From the NCBI GenBank assembly GCA_002269645.1, contig NIVC01002336.1, forward strand, positions 97,053 through 161,052: a DNA stretch of 64,000 nucleotides, given 5' to 3'. This DNA comes from Macrostomum lignano (taxonomy: Eukaryota). The position numbers and the translations under genes were made by a program. Of this stretch, positions 24,601 to 36,424 are shown piece by piece. Under the pieces are notes generated by a model that was not told the origin of the DNA, did no database searches, and saw only the letters and a program-made list of their open reading frames with translations. Position 1 is the first letter of the stretch. Each line of letters begins with the position of its first letter.

Positions 24601-26028
24601 TTGTCAAGATTGATGACGCCGGATCTGTTTGAGGAATCGGATTTTTAATTTAGGACAATTTCTAACCCTAAGTTAGTAGCAGGGAACGTATTTGAATAAT
24701 ATATTTATTTCAAATATCTATATATTTTTTATTAATATTTTCACATAGCCCCTGGTCTATTATACAACTTCTGGTCTATTACACAATTCTCATAGCCCCT
24801 GGTCTATTATACAATTCCCATAGCCCCTGGTCTATCATACAACTTCTGGTCTATTACACAATTCCCATAGCCCCTGGTCTATTATACAATTCCCATAACC
24901 CTTGGTCTATTATACAATTCCCATAACCCCTGGTCTATTATACAACTTCTGGTCTATTACACAATTCCCATAGCCCCTGGTCTATTATACAATTCCCATA
25001 ACCCTTGGTCTATTATACAATTCCCATAACCCCTGGTCTATTATACAACTTCTGGTCTATTACACAATTCCTATAGCCCCTGGTCTATTATACAACTTCT
25101 GGTCTATTACACAATTCCTATAACCCCTGGTCTATTATACAACTTCTGGTCTATTACACAATTCCTATAACCCCTGGTCTATTATACAACTTCTGGTCTA
25201 TTACACAATTCCTATAGCCCCTGGTCTATTATACAACTTCTGGTCTATTACACAATTCCTATAACCCCTGGTCTATTATACAACTTCTGGTCTATTACAC
25301 AATTCCTATAGCCCCTGGTCTATTATACAACTTCTGGTCTATTACACAATTCCTATAACCCCTGGTCTATTATACAACTTCTGGTCTATTACACAATTCC
25401 TATAGCCCCTGGTCTATTATACAACTTCTGGTCTATTACACAATTCCCATAACCCCTGGTCTATTATACAACTTCTGGTCTATTACACAATTCCCATAGC
25501 CCCTGGTCTATTATACAATTCCCATAACCCCTGGTCTATTATACAATTCCCATAGCCCCTGGTCTATTACATGTATACAATTCCCATAGCCCCTGGTCTA
25601 TTATACAATTCCCATAGCCCCTGGTCTATTATACAATTCCCATAGCCCCTGGTCTATTATACAATTCCCATAGCCCCTGGTCTATTACACAACAACCATA
25701 ACCCCTGCCTCTGATCCATTCAGAAAAAAGTTTACCAAGATGAACTAAAAGCTGTAAAAGCTATTTGTTTGAACACTCACGAAACATAGTCTTTAATTGG
25801 ACGCTTCAACGGACAGCAGCCAAATGGCAACGGTGTGTAGTGATTGGTGCGCACATTTAGCTTGTCAAAATTCTTCAACAAGATAGGCCAATGAGAAGCA
25901 TCTAGACTGGCAACTCGCTCTGATGGCTGAATGATGAAGTTCTCCGATGTGTGCATCTCTCCGACAGAATCAGCTAATTCAGCTTCACGATGCTTCTTCT
26001 TTTTCTTCTCTTTTTTGTCTCCACCCAT
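21700..26028 (-). CDS. DKC1: Dyskerin, H/ACA RNP pseudouridine synthase (about 462 aa)
   Basis: Seven exons: 26028-25781, 24624-24248, 23799-23669, 22841-22577, 22446-22203, 21927-21867 and 21762-21700, all GT-AG with consistent phases (1389 nt). Motifs [27 protein letters not shown] (catalytic Asp), [11 protein letters not shown], a PUA domain and [13 protein letters not shown]. Confidence 0.97.
22010..22147 (-). mobile_element. 5'-truncated copy of a tRNA-headed SINE in DKC1 intron 5
   Basis: Shares GCTGTACACC.TGTGTGAGCG...GCTCAGG.GTCAGCGGAATGGGCAGA..TGCCGTCAG with the copies at 22894, 38220 and 49276. Confidence 0.75.
22894..23013 (-). mobile_element. 5'-truncated copy of the same SINE in DKC1 intron 3
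   Basis: Minus strand CTGTACATCCTGTGTGAGTG...GCGGAATGGGCAGAATTGCCGTCAG...GCAGCCC. Confidence 0.75.
23038..23600. repeat. 34-bp minisatellite, about 16 copies, DKC1 intron 3
   Basis: Unit AAGCACTTTATTAAGAATCCTATCAAAGTACCAA. Confidence 0.95.
24745..25705. repeat. 28-bp/19-bp minisatellite with a 47-bp higher-order unit, DKC1 intron 1
   Basis: CATAGCCCCTGGTCTATTATACAATTCC alternates with a 19-bp subunit containing CTTCTGGTCTATTACAC; GGTCTATTA recurs at 19- and 28-bp spacing. Confidence 0.95.
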
Positions 26029-26394
26029 GTTTTAGTTGGCATGAATTTGAAATCAATTACTTTAGTATAATATTGCTTGACATATACAAAAAGTTGCAGA
26101 CACATACAATTTCTTTTACATTTTTGTAGCAATATCACGCCTAAAAAATAAATTGAAAAGTAATCTCCTAGTAACAAACTATTATATAAATTTGTAACTT
26201 TTGCATATAACTTAATAAATCATCATATATGTGCAACTGCCCACCAACCAAGTCAAGACACCTTGACTATTTAGCTGCTAAATGATCTTACAACTGTATA
26301 ATAGTATTTGTCTTGCACAAATAGAAGCACTAATATAAATTGGCTTTTGTCAGCAAGTCTAGAAACTCTTGCGTCTTTCATAAGACAAGCTATG

Positions 26395-26643
26395 ATCAAG
26401 CTAAAGATGGGAGTGCCCATGATGCTGCTAAAGAATCTTTATCTATCTAGGTTGTGCAATTGCATAAGACTGATTGTAGCCAAGATGCAACCCAATGTGC
26501 TAGAGTGCCAGATTGCTTCTAATGCTTTCTTCTAAGGCAAAATTGTCATGCTACCAAGGATTGCTCTAGAGCCCAATGCTGCAAGCCTACCAGTGCTACT
26601 TAGGTGGTTGCAGTTTCCTATACATTTATGCTTTGCTGTTACC
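26395..26643 (+). mobile_element. Degenerate Helitron RepHel (PIF1 helicase C-terminal) fragment
   Basis: Translates KLKMGVPMMLLKNL...RLCNCIRLIV...G KIVMLPRIALEP...LPVLLRWLQFPIHLCFAVT with one in-frame stop at 26533. This matches the PIF1/Helitron pattern LKVG.PVMLLRNL..LCNGTRL...IPRI...R.QFP.RL.FAMT. Confidence 0.8.
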
Positions 26644-26994
26644 TACCACTTATACTCTCTCAAGAACCAAGGATAGAATAGAGTAGGCTATGAACTACCT
26701 GGTATACAGCCTAAAATTAAATATATAAGTAGTGTTGTGTTTTTTCTTTCAATCTTTTATTGATTTTCTTTCAATCTTTTATTGAACTATTTTTAAATAA
26801 TTTTTATATTATACTCCAACTCAAATCTCTTGTTTAGCTTACTATGGAATGCTTCTTAATTGTAAGAAATAAGGCCAATGTAGCTATAGCATTCAGTGCA
26901 GCAGGATAGATCTAGCTGCAGCTTACTCATGTGCCTATTTGCATATCAGTCTGCTTATTTTCAAAAATGAAAAACCATTTTGCAGTATTGCCTT

Positions 26995-27240
26995 GTTAGT
27001 TCTGTTTCATGGAAATGATTTTGATGGCTTTTAGTTTCCCAAAGAGGATTTTGATAGATTTCTATTTCACAAAGAGAATTTTGATAGATTTCTATTTGAC
27101 AGAGAGGATTTTGATGGTTTTCAGTTTCATGGAAAGTTCTTTATGGAGTTCTGTTTTACAAAGAAAGTTTTGATGGATTTTTATTTCACAAAGATAATTT
27201 TGATAGATTTCTATTTGATAAGAAGGATTTTAATAGATTT
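26995..27240. repeat. Degenerate ~30-bp tandem repeat
   Basis: About 8 diverged copies of TTTCACAAAGAGAATTTTGATAGATTTCTA. Confidence 0.75.
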
Positions 27241-27421
27241 GGTACCTTCAGCTGCAGTCAGTCAAACAAGAAAGTGAAAAGAAGAGAGAAAAGATGATAG
27301 AAAAGAAAGCCAATATGAGAGAGGACATATTAGACGGTAAATGGGAGAGAAGAAAGGAATGAGGCAAGAATGAAGAGGGGAAAGAAGAGAAGAAGAGAGA
27401 GGAGATGAGAATGAGAGATAG

Positions 27422-27683
27422 CATACATGCGCAACTGCTGGCCAACCTGGCCAATCTGGCCACTGTAAATTATGGTGGACCAGGGGTAAGTCGCAAAAAT
27501 GCCCAGTCTAAGGAATACAAATGTAGTTCTAATTAGATGATGAGGCATTTAGCCCTTATAAGACAGTCATAGTTACTCCTGCCGTTTATCCAAAATTGCG
27601 TTATGTTTTTTACAGGTAAGTTGCATTTTTGGTCAAAAAGTAAGTCGCATGGCCACTGTAAATCAGGGGGTTGCGCATGTATG
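27422..27683. mobile_element. Second copy (inverted) of the CATACATGCGCAAC MITE
   Basis: TIRs at 27422-27435 and 27670-27683; the interior matches the reverse complement of 5013-5286 (AAACGGCAGGAGTAACTATGACTGTCTTAT); no intact TSD. Confidence 0.85.
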
Positions 27684-29671
27684 CAAGAGAGGAAAAGAGA
27701 GAAGAGAAGACGGATAAGAGCCTATAGGGGAAATAGAAGAGAGGAGAGAATAGAGAAGAAAGAAGTGAGATGAGGGATGAGATGAATGAGGAAGGGAGAG
27801 GAGAAAGTAGAAACAATATATGGACTATGGTATTTAAAGGGTTTTATAAAGAATTTGGAAAAGATTTGAAAGATAGGGTTCAAGGCATGGAATTTCAGCT
27901 GATAGATTTTAGGGAATAGAATTCTAGTGATGGGAGTTCCTCCCTTTTCTACTCCAAAGGAGAAGTTTCACTTTCAATTATAAAGGTCAAATAATTAGGT
28001 CAAATAAGTTTCAAAAATATTTTTATAACAAGCTTATTAAAATATTTTATTTAAAAAAGTATATGTTGCAATATATATATTTTATAATTAATATGAGCCT
28101 AAAGGCCTAGTTAATAATTTAGTAATTATTAATCATTTATAATAATCTTTAAAGTAATTGATATTACTAGGCCTTTTGTCATATAAAAAAATGGTTAATA
28201 CATCTAAATACCAAAGTGACCAAAGTGACCAAATTTTAAGACATTGCATTATCCCAGAAATTTTGCAAGGCTATAAATTTGTTACATAATTTCCAAATAT
28301 TCATGGGCCCCTATATCCAAATATCTATTTAATCAATATAGTATCAATATAATAGACCTTATCTCTAGATAGGTTAAAGTCCAATATTTATAAATATAGG
28401 ATTAAACATATATATCTACATATTCAACTTGTTGCTATAACAATTTTGTTATCTAATTGTATATTGTATATAGACTAGTGCTTGCTATAATTTTATTTAA
28501 GGTTACAAACTTGCATAGTGCTTTATATAATATTATTATTGTATTTTGCTAAATTTTAAATTTTAATTTTAATTTGCATACAATTAAATGAACATTGAAC
28601 TTATCTGCATCATAGGACTTATAATGTGACAATTTTGTAGATATTGTTGTATAATAGATTTATATGGGAAGAAATGAATACTGAGTACAATATAGATTAT
28701 TAGACTAGAAAATCAATGTTAGGCCCTAAGTAAATAGACAATACTTAATACTAATAGACTTGATTTTGATTAATGCATTTGACAAAATTAATTTGTATAT
28801 ATATAATTTGCAAAATATAGAATATACTATATTATATACATAATTATTCCATTTAGTTTACCAAATTCTGCATAAATAAACTTGCAAAATTTAATAATAT
28901 TAAAAAAACAATAGTATAATATAAGCTTTAATAATCTGTATAAATGCTAAATAGGCCTAATGGATTAAATAGCTTTTATTTGTATACACTTTGTTGCTAG
29001 AGTGCCAGATTAACTATTACCAAATCATTTGTTGCCAGATTGTCTTATTGTCAAATGGCAATAGCTAGAGTTCCAGCACTGGAACCCATTTTCTAATGGC
29101 TATGGATCTGGCAATGGTATTCCAATAGTGCAATTTATGGGTATAATGTAGTAGAAATATTTTAATTTTTTAATGGATGGTTGATATTAGGATTTTGCTC
29201 AAGATAAGATCAAAACAAAACAATGAGATTTAAAACAAGATATTTCTAATGTTCAAAGACTTAATTAGTAAAAAACTACCTGCAAAAGACTGCCAGATCC
29301 ATAGGCCTAGCCATTAGAAAATTAGTTCTAGGGCCGGAACTCTAGCCATTACCTTGCTGGATTGATTGGATACTAGTATTTCTTTCAAAGGATAATTTAT
29401 AGAAAGAACTATTGTTTTTGCATGCATTCAGGCGCAGTATGGCCCTGCATATATGGCTAATGATAATGGCTAAGGCTAGACCAAGAAGTAGATGACAAAG
29501 GGCTTATATTAATATTGTTGTAGATAACGAGGTGTCCAAAAATATGAGTAAATGACAAAGTGGTTATATGACAAAGTATCCAGGAACTGCATGTCCCTAT
29601 TCTCTACTTAACTGACAGACAAAGTAAAAAAGCCAGAAAGCATTTTTTTTTGTATAATTTTTGCTATAGCA

Positions 29672-30269
29672 TATAGGCCTATAGGTTGTTTCGCCCCTAA
29701 ACCATTTCGGCCATGGACATTTCACCCCCAGACTAGACCATTTCACCTATAACCCGTTTTGCCCATAAACCAGTTTAGCAATGGGCGTTTCAGCCAAAAT
29801 GGCCATTATGTATTTTAGAGATACAGAAATACACATATCTTTATTTTCTTAGTATCTTTAAGCACCAGACAGAAATGTCAAGACCGAGGAACTTGTGATA
29901 CCAGTGGAGTGCATGTGCTCATAGTCCGCGGCTCATGCTCTTTGCAGAACTCTGCTCTATCGTGATTTTAGTATACATTTAGTATAGGTCAGATTGTTGG
30001 TGTTTTAGCCCTGGAAAGTGGGGGTGGCTACTATTGAACCTCGCTTATAATAAATCGTATCGTTGGTTGTCAGTGCTCTTTGGCACTTTCGTCTCATCTC
30101 GCATACTCTCAGCTCATGACTTTGTTCATTTCAACCCTGCATGGTCCGAATTGGAGGCGAAACTGTCCATTGCCGAAACGGTCTGTGGGCGAAATGGTCT
30201 GGGGGCGAAATGTCCATGGCCCAAACGGTTTATGGCCTATGGGCGTAACGACCGGTTACCAGGCCTATA
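29672..30269. mobile_element. MITE/fold-back element with about 120-bp internally repetitive imperfect TIRs
   Basis: 29690-29800 (TAAACCATTTCGGCCATGGACATTTCACCCCCAGAC) matches the reverse complement of 30150-30260; both ends carry TATAGGCCT. Exact termini are uncertain. Confidence 0.7.
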
Positions 30270-31031
30270 CTAAAAATGACCAACATAAGCCAGAGAATTC
30301 TAGTCTTGTACATAGGAACTAGTCGGCCAGTGGTTATTTAAAAAAACTATAAAATCGCTGCAAGGCAGTGATCTAGCTCATCGGACATCGTTTGTGTCAA
30401 CTTTACAACGTTTTACGAGGTTCCACGTGCTAAATTTTATTACGTTCAAATTAATCTTCGAACTTTTCATTGAAAATAATGAACTTTACTAGCTTTAACA
30501 AAACCACGCTTCAAACTCCTAAAATTTTTAATAATTTTGGAAGGAAAGCAAAACTAAAAATAAAGGTTACTTAAATTAAATTTTCACATTTTGGACGATG
30601 ATATATCCTATTTTTTTTTGAAAGAGCAGCATTTCTTATATTAATTGTGTATGTCTGCAATACGTGCTACTTCTACATAGGTGCTGCGAACCACTTAGTG
30701 CTATATATGAAAAATATTTCACCACTAATTGGCCTAGCCAGTAAGTAACCCTTACGCCTTAGGCATAGGAGAGTTAAAAAGTGGGGGTTGGACAGTTATT
30801 GACTTCCAATTCTGCTTGAGTCATTCAGACTCATAATTGGTTCATTATTGATAATTGAATCAGAATAGGCCTATCCCTATACAGTTGCAGTAAGTAACTG
30901 TAATTGAGCCTTGAGGTGCCAGTTCATTTTTGGATTTAGCATGCTCTGCTGCATGCTCTTAATTTTTTTAATGAGAAAAACTACTGTATTAACATATCTT
31001 GCTTTCATTGTGATGATAGGGTCTATGATAA

Positions 31032-31658
31032 CACCATAGTCAGGAAGGTGTCCGTGCGCCGGAATTTTCCGGCGTACATCAGCCCCCCCCCCAAAAAAAA
31101 TGGCGTACAGTTTCGCGTACACGCGGTCCGAAAAATGGCGTACAGAGTTCTTGGCGTACACAACACAGTTTTCGCATGCAAAAATCTGTCCAAAAATCGG
31201 CCCACAATATTTGCATGTGATTGGCGTACAAACAAACGTTTAAAAAACCTGCAAACAACCCAATTACTTCGACAAAGTATTGTATATCGTTCAATTTTAG
31301 TGAATTGGTAAATCTATTTTCATCTTTAAAACGCTGAAATTACGTAAATTTTAAATCTGATTTATTGTTAACAAAACTTTACTAAAGTTTTGTGTAAGTC
31401 AGTTATTTATTTTAACTTATTAACTAATTCTGTACAATAATTACTTTAGTATTTTAGATTTCTTCACGTTACAACAGATGACATACAGGTAAGTTAAGAT
31501 TTAAGTTGCAAATTTTTGCGTACGCTTTTTTGGGCTATTCAAATTTTGGCGTACGTCAAAAAGCGCTTTCTTTTTTAGGGCTTTTCAATTTTGGCGTACA
31601 CAACATTTTTTCTTAATTTTCATTCCGGCGTACACTGGACACCTTCCTGACTATGGTG
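31032..31658. mobile_element. 627-bp MITE with CAC-terminal ~35-bp TIRs and a 4-bp TSD (possibly CMC/Chapaev-like)
   Basis: CACCATAGTCAGGAAGGTGTCC...CGCCGGAAT at 31032 and its reverse complement ending at 31658; ATAA on both flanks; internal GGCGTACA repeats. Confidence 0.8.
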
Positions 31659-32704
31659 ATAACAAACTATGTCATCTTTCTGGCATTCTTTCGTTTTACA
31701 ATCCTGGCCCTGAGCAGGTCCAGTTTTGTACTACAATCCCCTTTAGAAAAGAGTCAACAGGACACTCCAGTAGTCCTATATCAAAAAATTACATTTCAAA
31801 TTCATTTTCCATTAAACTCACTTCCAAGTCAATTAAAATTGTCACTGCAAGTCATTGAAACATAGGTGTAGCATAGGCTAGTTATGCCATGGAAGCATAT
31901 AGCTTATATTCACTTTCTTCATATAATCATATGATCATTTAAATGGTGAAATCAAGAAATGATATGTAAGTGTTTGCAAGATGAATATAAACTTACTTTT
32001 GTCTTATGATCACCTCACAATATAAAACATCTATTTAACTGTGTGGGGATCATTAGGCTACTGATCGTAAGACAAAAGTGAGGGGGGAATGTGGGAATCT
32101 AGAATCAATTTGCAGTTTTCGTGGCTTTTGGTTTGTAGACATTTTGTAGAGGCTGAAATAGTTTTTTTTAAAGTATACAAGTAGTTAAAATATCAATCTA
32201 TAAGTGCATCAATCTATAAGACTTTCTAGGATATAAAAAACATATAAAATAAAATATAAAAATAATGGAATAAGGGACAGAATTACTGAAAGAATTACTG
32301 ACAGGATGAACCTACATATACTGCTCTCTACACCAATCAATGCTTAAATTGTTTGATGGAATAAGTGACACAATTATTAATAGGATAAACTTATAGTGTA
32401 CATGCACTGCTTTCTATACTAATCAATGCTTAAACTAAAAAGTAATATAATGTTATATTATTTAAGTCCAAATTCATACAATCTAATATTTTGGTATATT
32501 TTGTATAATTTGCACCCAAACCCTATAGGAAAAAGTAGTAAAACCGCGGACAGTGTCCGGCGCACTTTTGGAATTTTTCTAAAGCGCAGCGCCTATGCGC
32601 ACGCTGCCCTTTCTTACTGGCTGCTGCTTTAGCAAATACATATATATGGAAATAGGTATAATAACTCTATGGAAAGGGCTTATACACTTGTAATTTATTA
32701 AGCT

Positions 32705-33015
32705 TAGAGATGTTCCAAAAATTCAATTTCAATTCTCCAAAATTTGAAATTTTTTAGAGCAAATTTCAATTTTGAAAAAAAATTAGAAGCGAAAATTTTG
32801 GTAGTGTCTAAAAAGTTGCTAAAAATAAACTAATTTCTACTATATATAAATGTATTACTTTTTGCTTAAGCAGTAAATTAAAAGTGAAAAAGTGAATGTT
32901 GATCATACTAAACTTTATTTTTCTGAATTATGATTTCGGGAAATTTCAATTTTGATTTTGGAAAGTAAGCAAATTTTGATTTCGACAAAACTGCAGATCT
33001 TTTGGAACATCTCTA
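32705..33015. mobile_element. 311-bp internally deleted, CpG-eroded copy of the TAGAGATGTTCC hAT family
   Basis: Same TIRs and subterminal sequence as 5411-7382; no intact TSD. Confidence 0.85.
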
Positions 33016-33607
33016 ATAATCCTAAAGCGCGGTAAAATAGTTTGACTCTTTTCTAAAGTGTGTGTCCATGGGTTTTCAACATTTATTCCAATAGGGCATC
33101 CAAAAATAGTCAACTTACAACTTTATTTTTAGTCAAATTCTAGCAATCTAGTACAGCCCCCTTTGGGGCACCCAATAAGAAAGGAGCAAAAAATAGTTCA
33201 TAGAAAAAAATATAAAGCACATTTGCTTAAATACCAATTCTTTCTTTAATTTAAAAAATCTCCTTATTCATATAAAATTGTCACAGACAATGATATTTGC
33301 TATGAATCTCTTTTTTTCTAAAATTAACAGACAACAAAATATAGCTTTCACAAAGATAACAGACATCCCCCCTAAATAGAAAATATTCCCAAGACAGCAA
33401 GCATCCCTTCAGATAGCAAGCACCCCCTCCAAAAGTAAGCAACTGCAGATAGCAAGCATCTCCTAATACTCGTAACAAGCATCCACCCTGATAGCAAGAA
33501 TCACCCTAGATAGCAAGCATCCACCTAGATAGCAAGCATCCACCTAGATGGCAAGCATTCTGCAAATAGCAATCATCCTTAAATAGCAAGCATCCCTAGA
33601 TAGAAAG

Positions 33608-33978
33608 GTTCCTTGGTTTATCAAGTGCAGTAATCCTTGGTTTATCAAGTGCAGTAATCCTTGGTTTATCAAGTGCAGTAATCCTTGGTTTATCAAGTGC
33701 AGTAATCCTTGGTCTATCAAGTGCAGTAATCCTTGGTTTATCAAGTGCAATAATCCTTTGTTTATCAAGTGTAGAAATCCTTGATTTATCAAGCACAGTA
33801 ATCCTTTGTTTATCAAGTGTAGAAATCCTTGATTTATCAAGCACAGCAATCCCTAGTTTATCAAGTGCAATAATCCTTTGTTTATCAAATGCAGAAATCC
33901 TTGATTTATCAAGCACAGTAATCCCTGCTTTATCAAATGCAGTAATCCTTGGTTTATCAAGTGTAGAAATCCTTGGTT
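33608..33978. repeat. 24-bp minisatellite, about 15 copies
   Basis: Unit CCTTGGTTTATCAAGTGCAGTAAT, preceded by degenerate GATAGCAAGCATCC repeats at 33400-33600. Confidence 0.92.
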
Positions 33979-34545
33979 CAAACCTAGGTCACTGCATTAG
34001 CAGTCCAGTCTGTTCAGCTCTAAGCTAGCTCTCATTGAAGTTATAAGTGAATTTGTAGCACCTATATAATTCAACACTCACACCAAGTCAGGTAGAGTAA
34101 AAGTCACATGAAGCAGTTATGAAATAATGAATTTCTTAAGCAAGTCAGTACCACTGTCTATTAAAGTTAACAAAATGGTTATGTAATATAAATCAAGTAC
34201 TGTGCTTTGCTTCCACACTCAATGCTGTGACACAATTCAATTCACTTTCATAATTTAGCCAGTACTCAGACAATAAATAAAAAGCTTTGTGTGATGCAAT
34301 CTATTTCAGAATAAGAATTCAACCAGTCAGTTTTTTCTCTAGCATTCTTACAATGCATTTCATGTTGAAAGAGCTGCTTGACCTTTGCAAAAAAGCATGT
34401 TTTTGAATATTTAATGCCTTTAGCATCAAGCAATTTCTTAGCCACATTGTATATACTGTCACGGAAAAATTTCTGATCAAACAGTGCAAGTTCAAAGAAA
34501 ATCAGTTCAGCCATTTTGCAAAAAATTGATTGCATACCTACCTAC

Positions 34546-34575
34546 CTAGATAGATAGATAGATAGATAGATAGAT

Positions 34576-34606
<31 letters not shown>

Positions 34607-34617
34607 GATAGATAGAT
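34546..34617. repeat. (TAGA)n microsatellite
   Basis: Direct reading of the sequence. Confidence 0.95.
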
Positions 34618-36424
34618 ACTGACAAACCATTTTAGTACATGGAACTAGCCAATTAGCCACCTGCTAGGGGCTTTAAAAATGACGCCAATTAGTTTTTATT
34701 TTGGCCCGAGAGTATTAACCTTACTAATTATACAAAATGTTGATTTTGATTAATCAAAAATTTTTTTTTCTAATTTTGGCAAAAATAAATTGCCATGAAT
34801 GAATCAAAACTCTTACCAGCCAAAACAGTTTCTTTCATCAGCCCGAAATTATTTTTCAATCAGCAAATAGTGCTTATTCTTCCCAGCACAAACCAAACCT
34901 TTAATAAATAAACTGGCATTTCCTATTAGCAGAAATCAGCATCACTTATGTGTTTGCATCATTCATTATCTGAATAGTATGAGCTATTTAAGCCATACTA
35001 CTTGAAAATCTGACAATCGCTTAACAACCTAACACCATCCCCCCAAAAATTTAGCCATCTCCCATGAGCCTTAATAAATATCTTAGCAATTCCCCCAGTA
35101 GGCCTTGACATCTTAGAAATTCCCTCAGTAAGCATTGACATTGTAGCAATTAAACTCAAGCCTTGACATCTATGCAATTCTCCCAGCCCCAGTAAGCCTT
35201 GACATATCAGCAATCCCCCAGTAAGCCTTGAAATCTAGTAATTCCCTTACTAATCCTTGACATCTTAGAAATTCTGATTTCTTGCCAATTGCCAATAGAA
35301 ATGGCCCAGTGATTCCCAAGGTTGTGCATGTATGGAATTGGCAAAAGTTGGAATTTTGTATTTCCTAAAAATACCTAATTGCTAATAAGAAAAATATATA
35401 AATATTATTTCAAAATCTTATTGTCATGAAAATAGAGTCCTTACTTATTAAAGTTGTTAATAATAACCATTTTATTTAGTCATTTTTGATACTTTGGTTG
35501 ATTAATTTATCAATCAAAAATAAGCTAAATAGACTAGGCCTATTATTTTATCATCTTTGAACTTTTATGGTCAAGGAACTTGTATAGATATATTTATTTT
35601 ATTTTTATAAGCAATATATAATCATTGAACTAAAATTAAGAAATAGTAACACTTAATTATTTCATAACCACAACACTTTCCTTTAATTTTTCTTTTTTTG
35701 GCTTTAAACTAGACTGGTAGAGTTATACTACTATAAAGATATAGTTTCTATAGTATTTTTGCAAGGATACAGAAACAAAATGCATATTTTTATATGTTTT
35801 AAATTATTTCAGTCTTGGTACTTTTCAAAAATTCTCCTTGGTTACCTTTATATAACCTTATACATGTAGCTATGTCTATAATTGGAAATGCTATAGGAAG
35901 GCTTGAAAATAGAATAAACTAGTATCCATTTGGGAGTGTGAGAATTTCCTACTGAGGTTTGCCCACATGAGCTTTTCCCACAGCAAGGTTTTCTCATAGG
36001 TTTAACCACCAAGCCTTTTGCACCAAGATTTCCCTGCTGAGATTTCTCACTAAGATCTTCTTGCAACAAGGTTTTCCCATAAGATGTTTTTCCACAGGGA
36101 AATTCTCATAGACCCATCCATTCAATGTAACAAGGGGTTAGTCAATTTTAGGTTTTTTAGGTTTAGAAGAAGAATGCAAAGATTGATTGAAAGTGGGCGC
36201 AAACATGAAGAATGCTAACTTAATAACTAAAGATAAATGAGCTATTGGTCTGCATAGACTGCATAGATTATTATCTCAGTTGTTATCTAGGTTTATTTTT
36301 TGTTAAAATGGCATAAAAATATGATGTAACAAAGTTTGGTCTTTAAATGTTCTTTATAAATGCCTATTGATTGTCAGCAAAGCAATTGAAGTACATATCA
36401 GCCTACCTGATCATAGCTGCAGCC

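Noticed and set aside
28994-29011. Short match (GCTAGAGTGCCAGATT) to the Helitron fragment at about 26500
   Set aside because: Only about 16 bp with no extension; could be chance or an unrecognisable relic.
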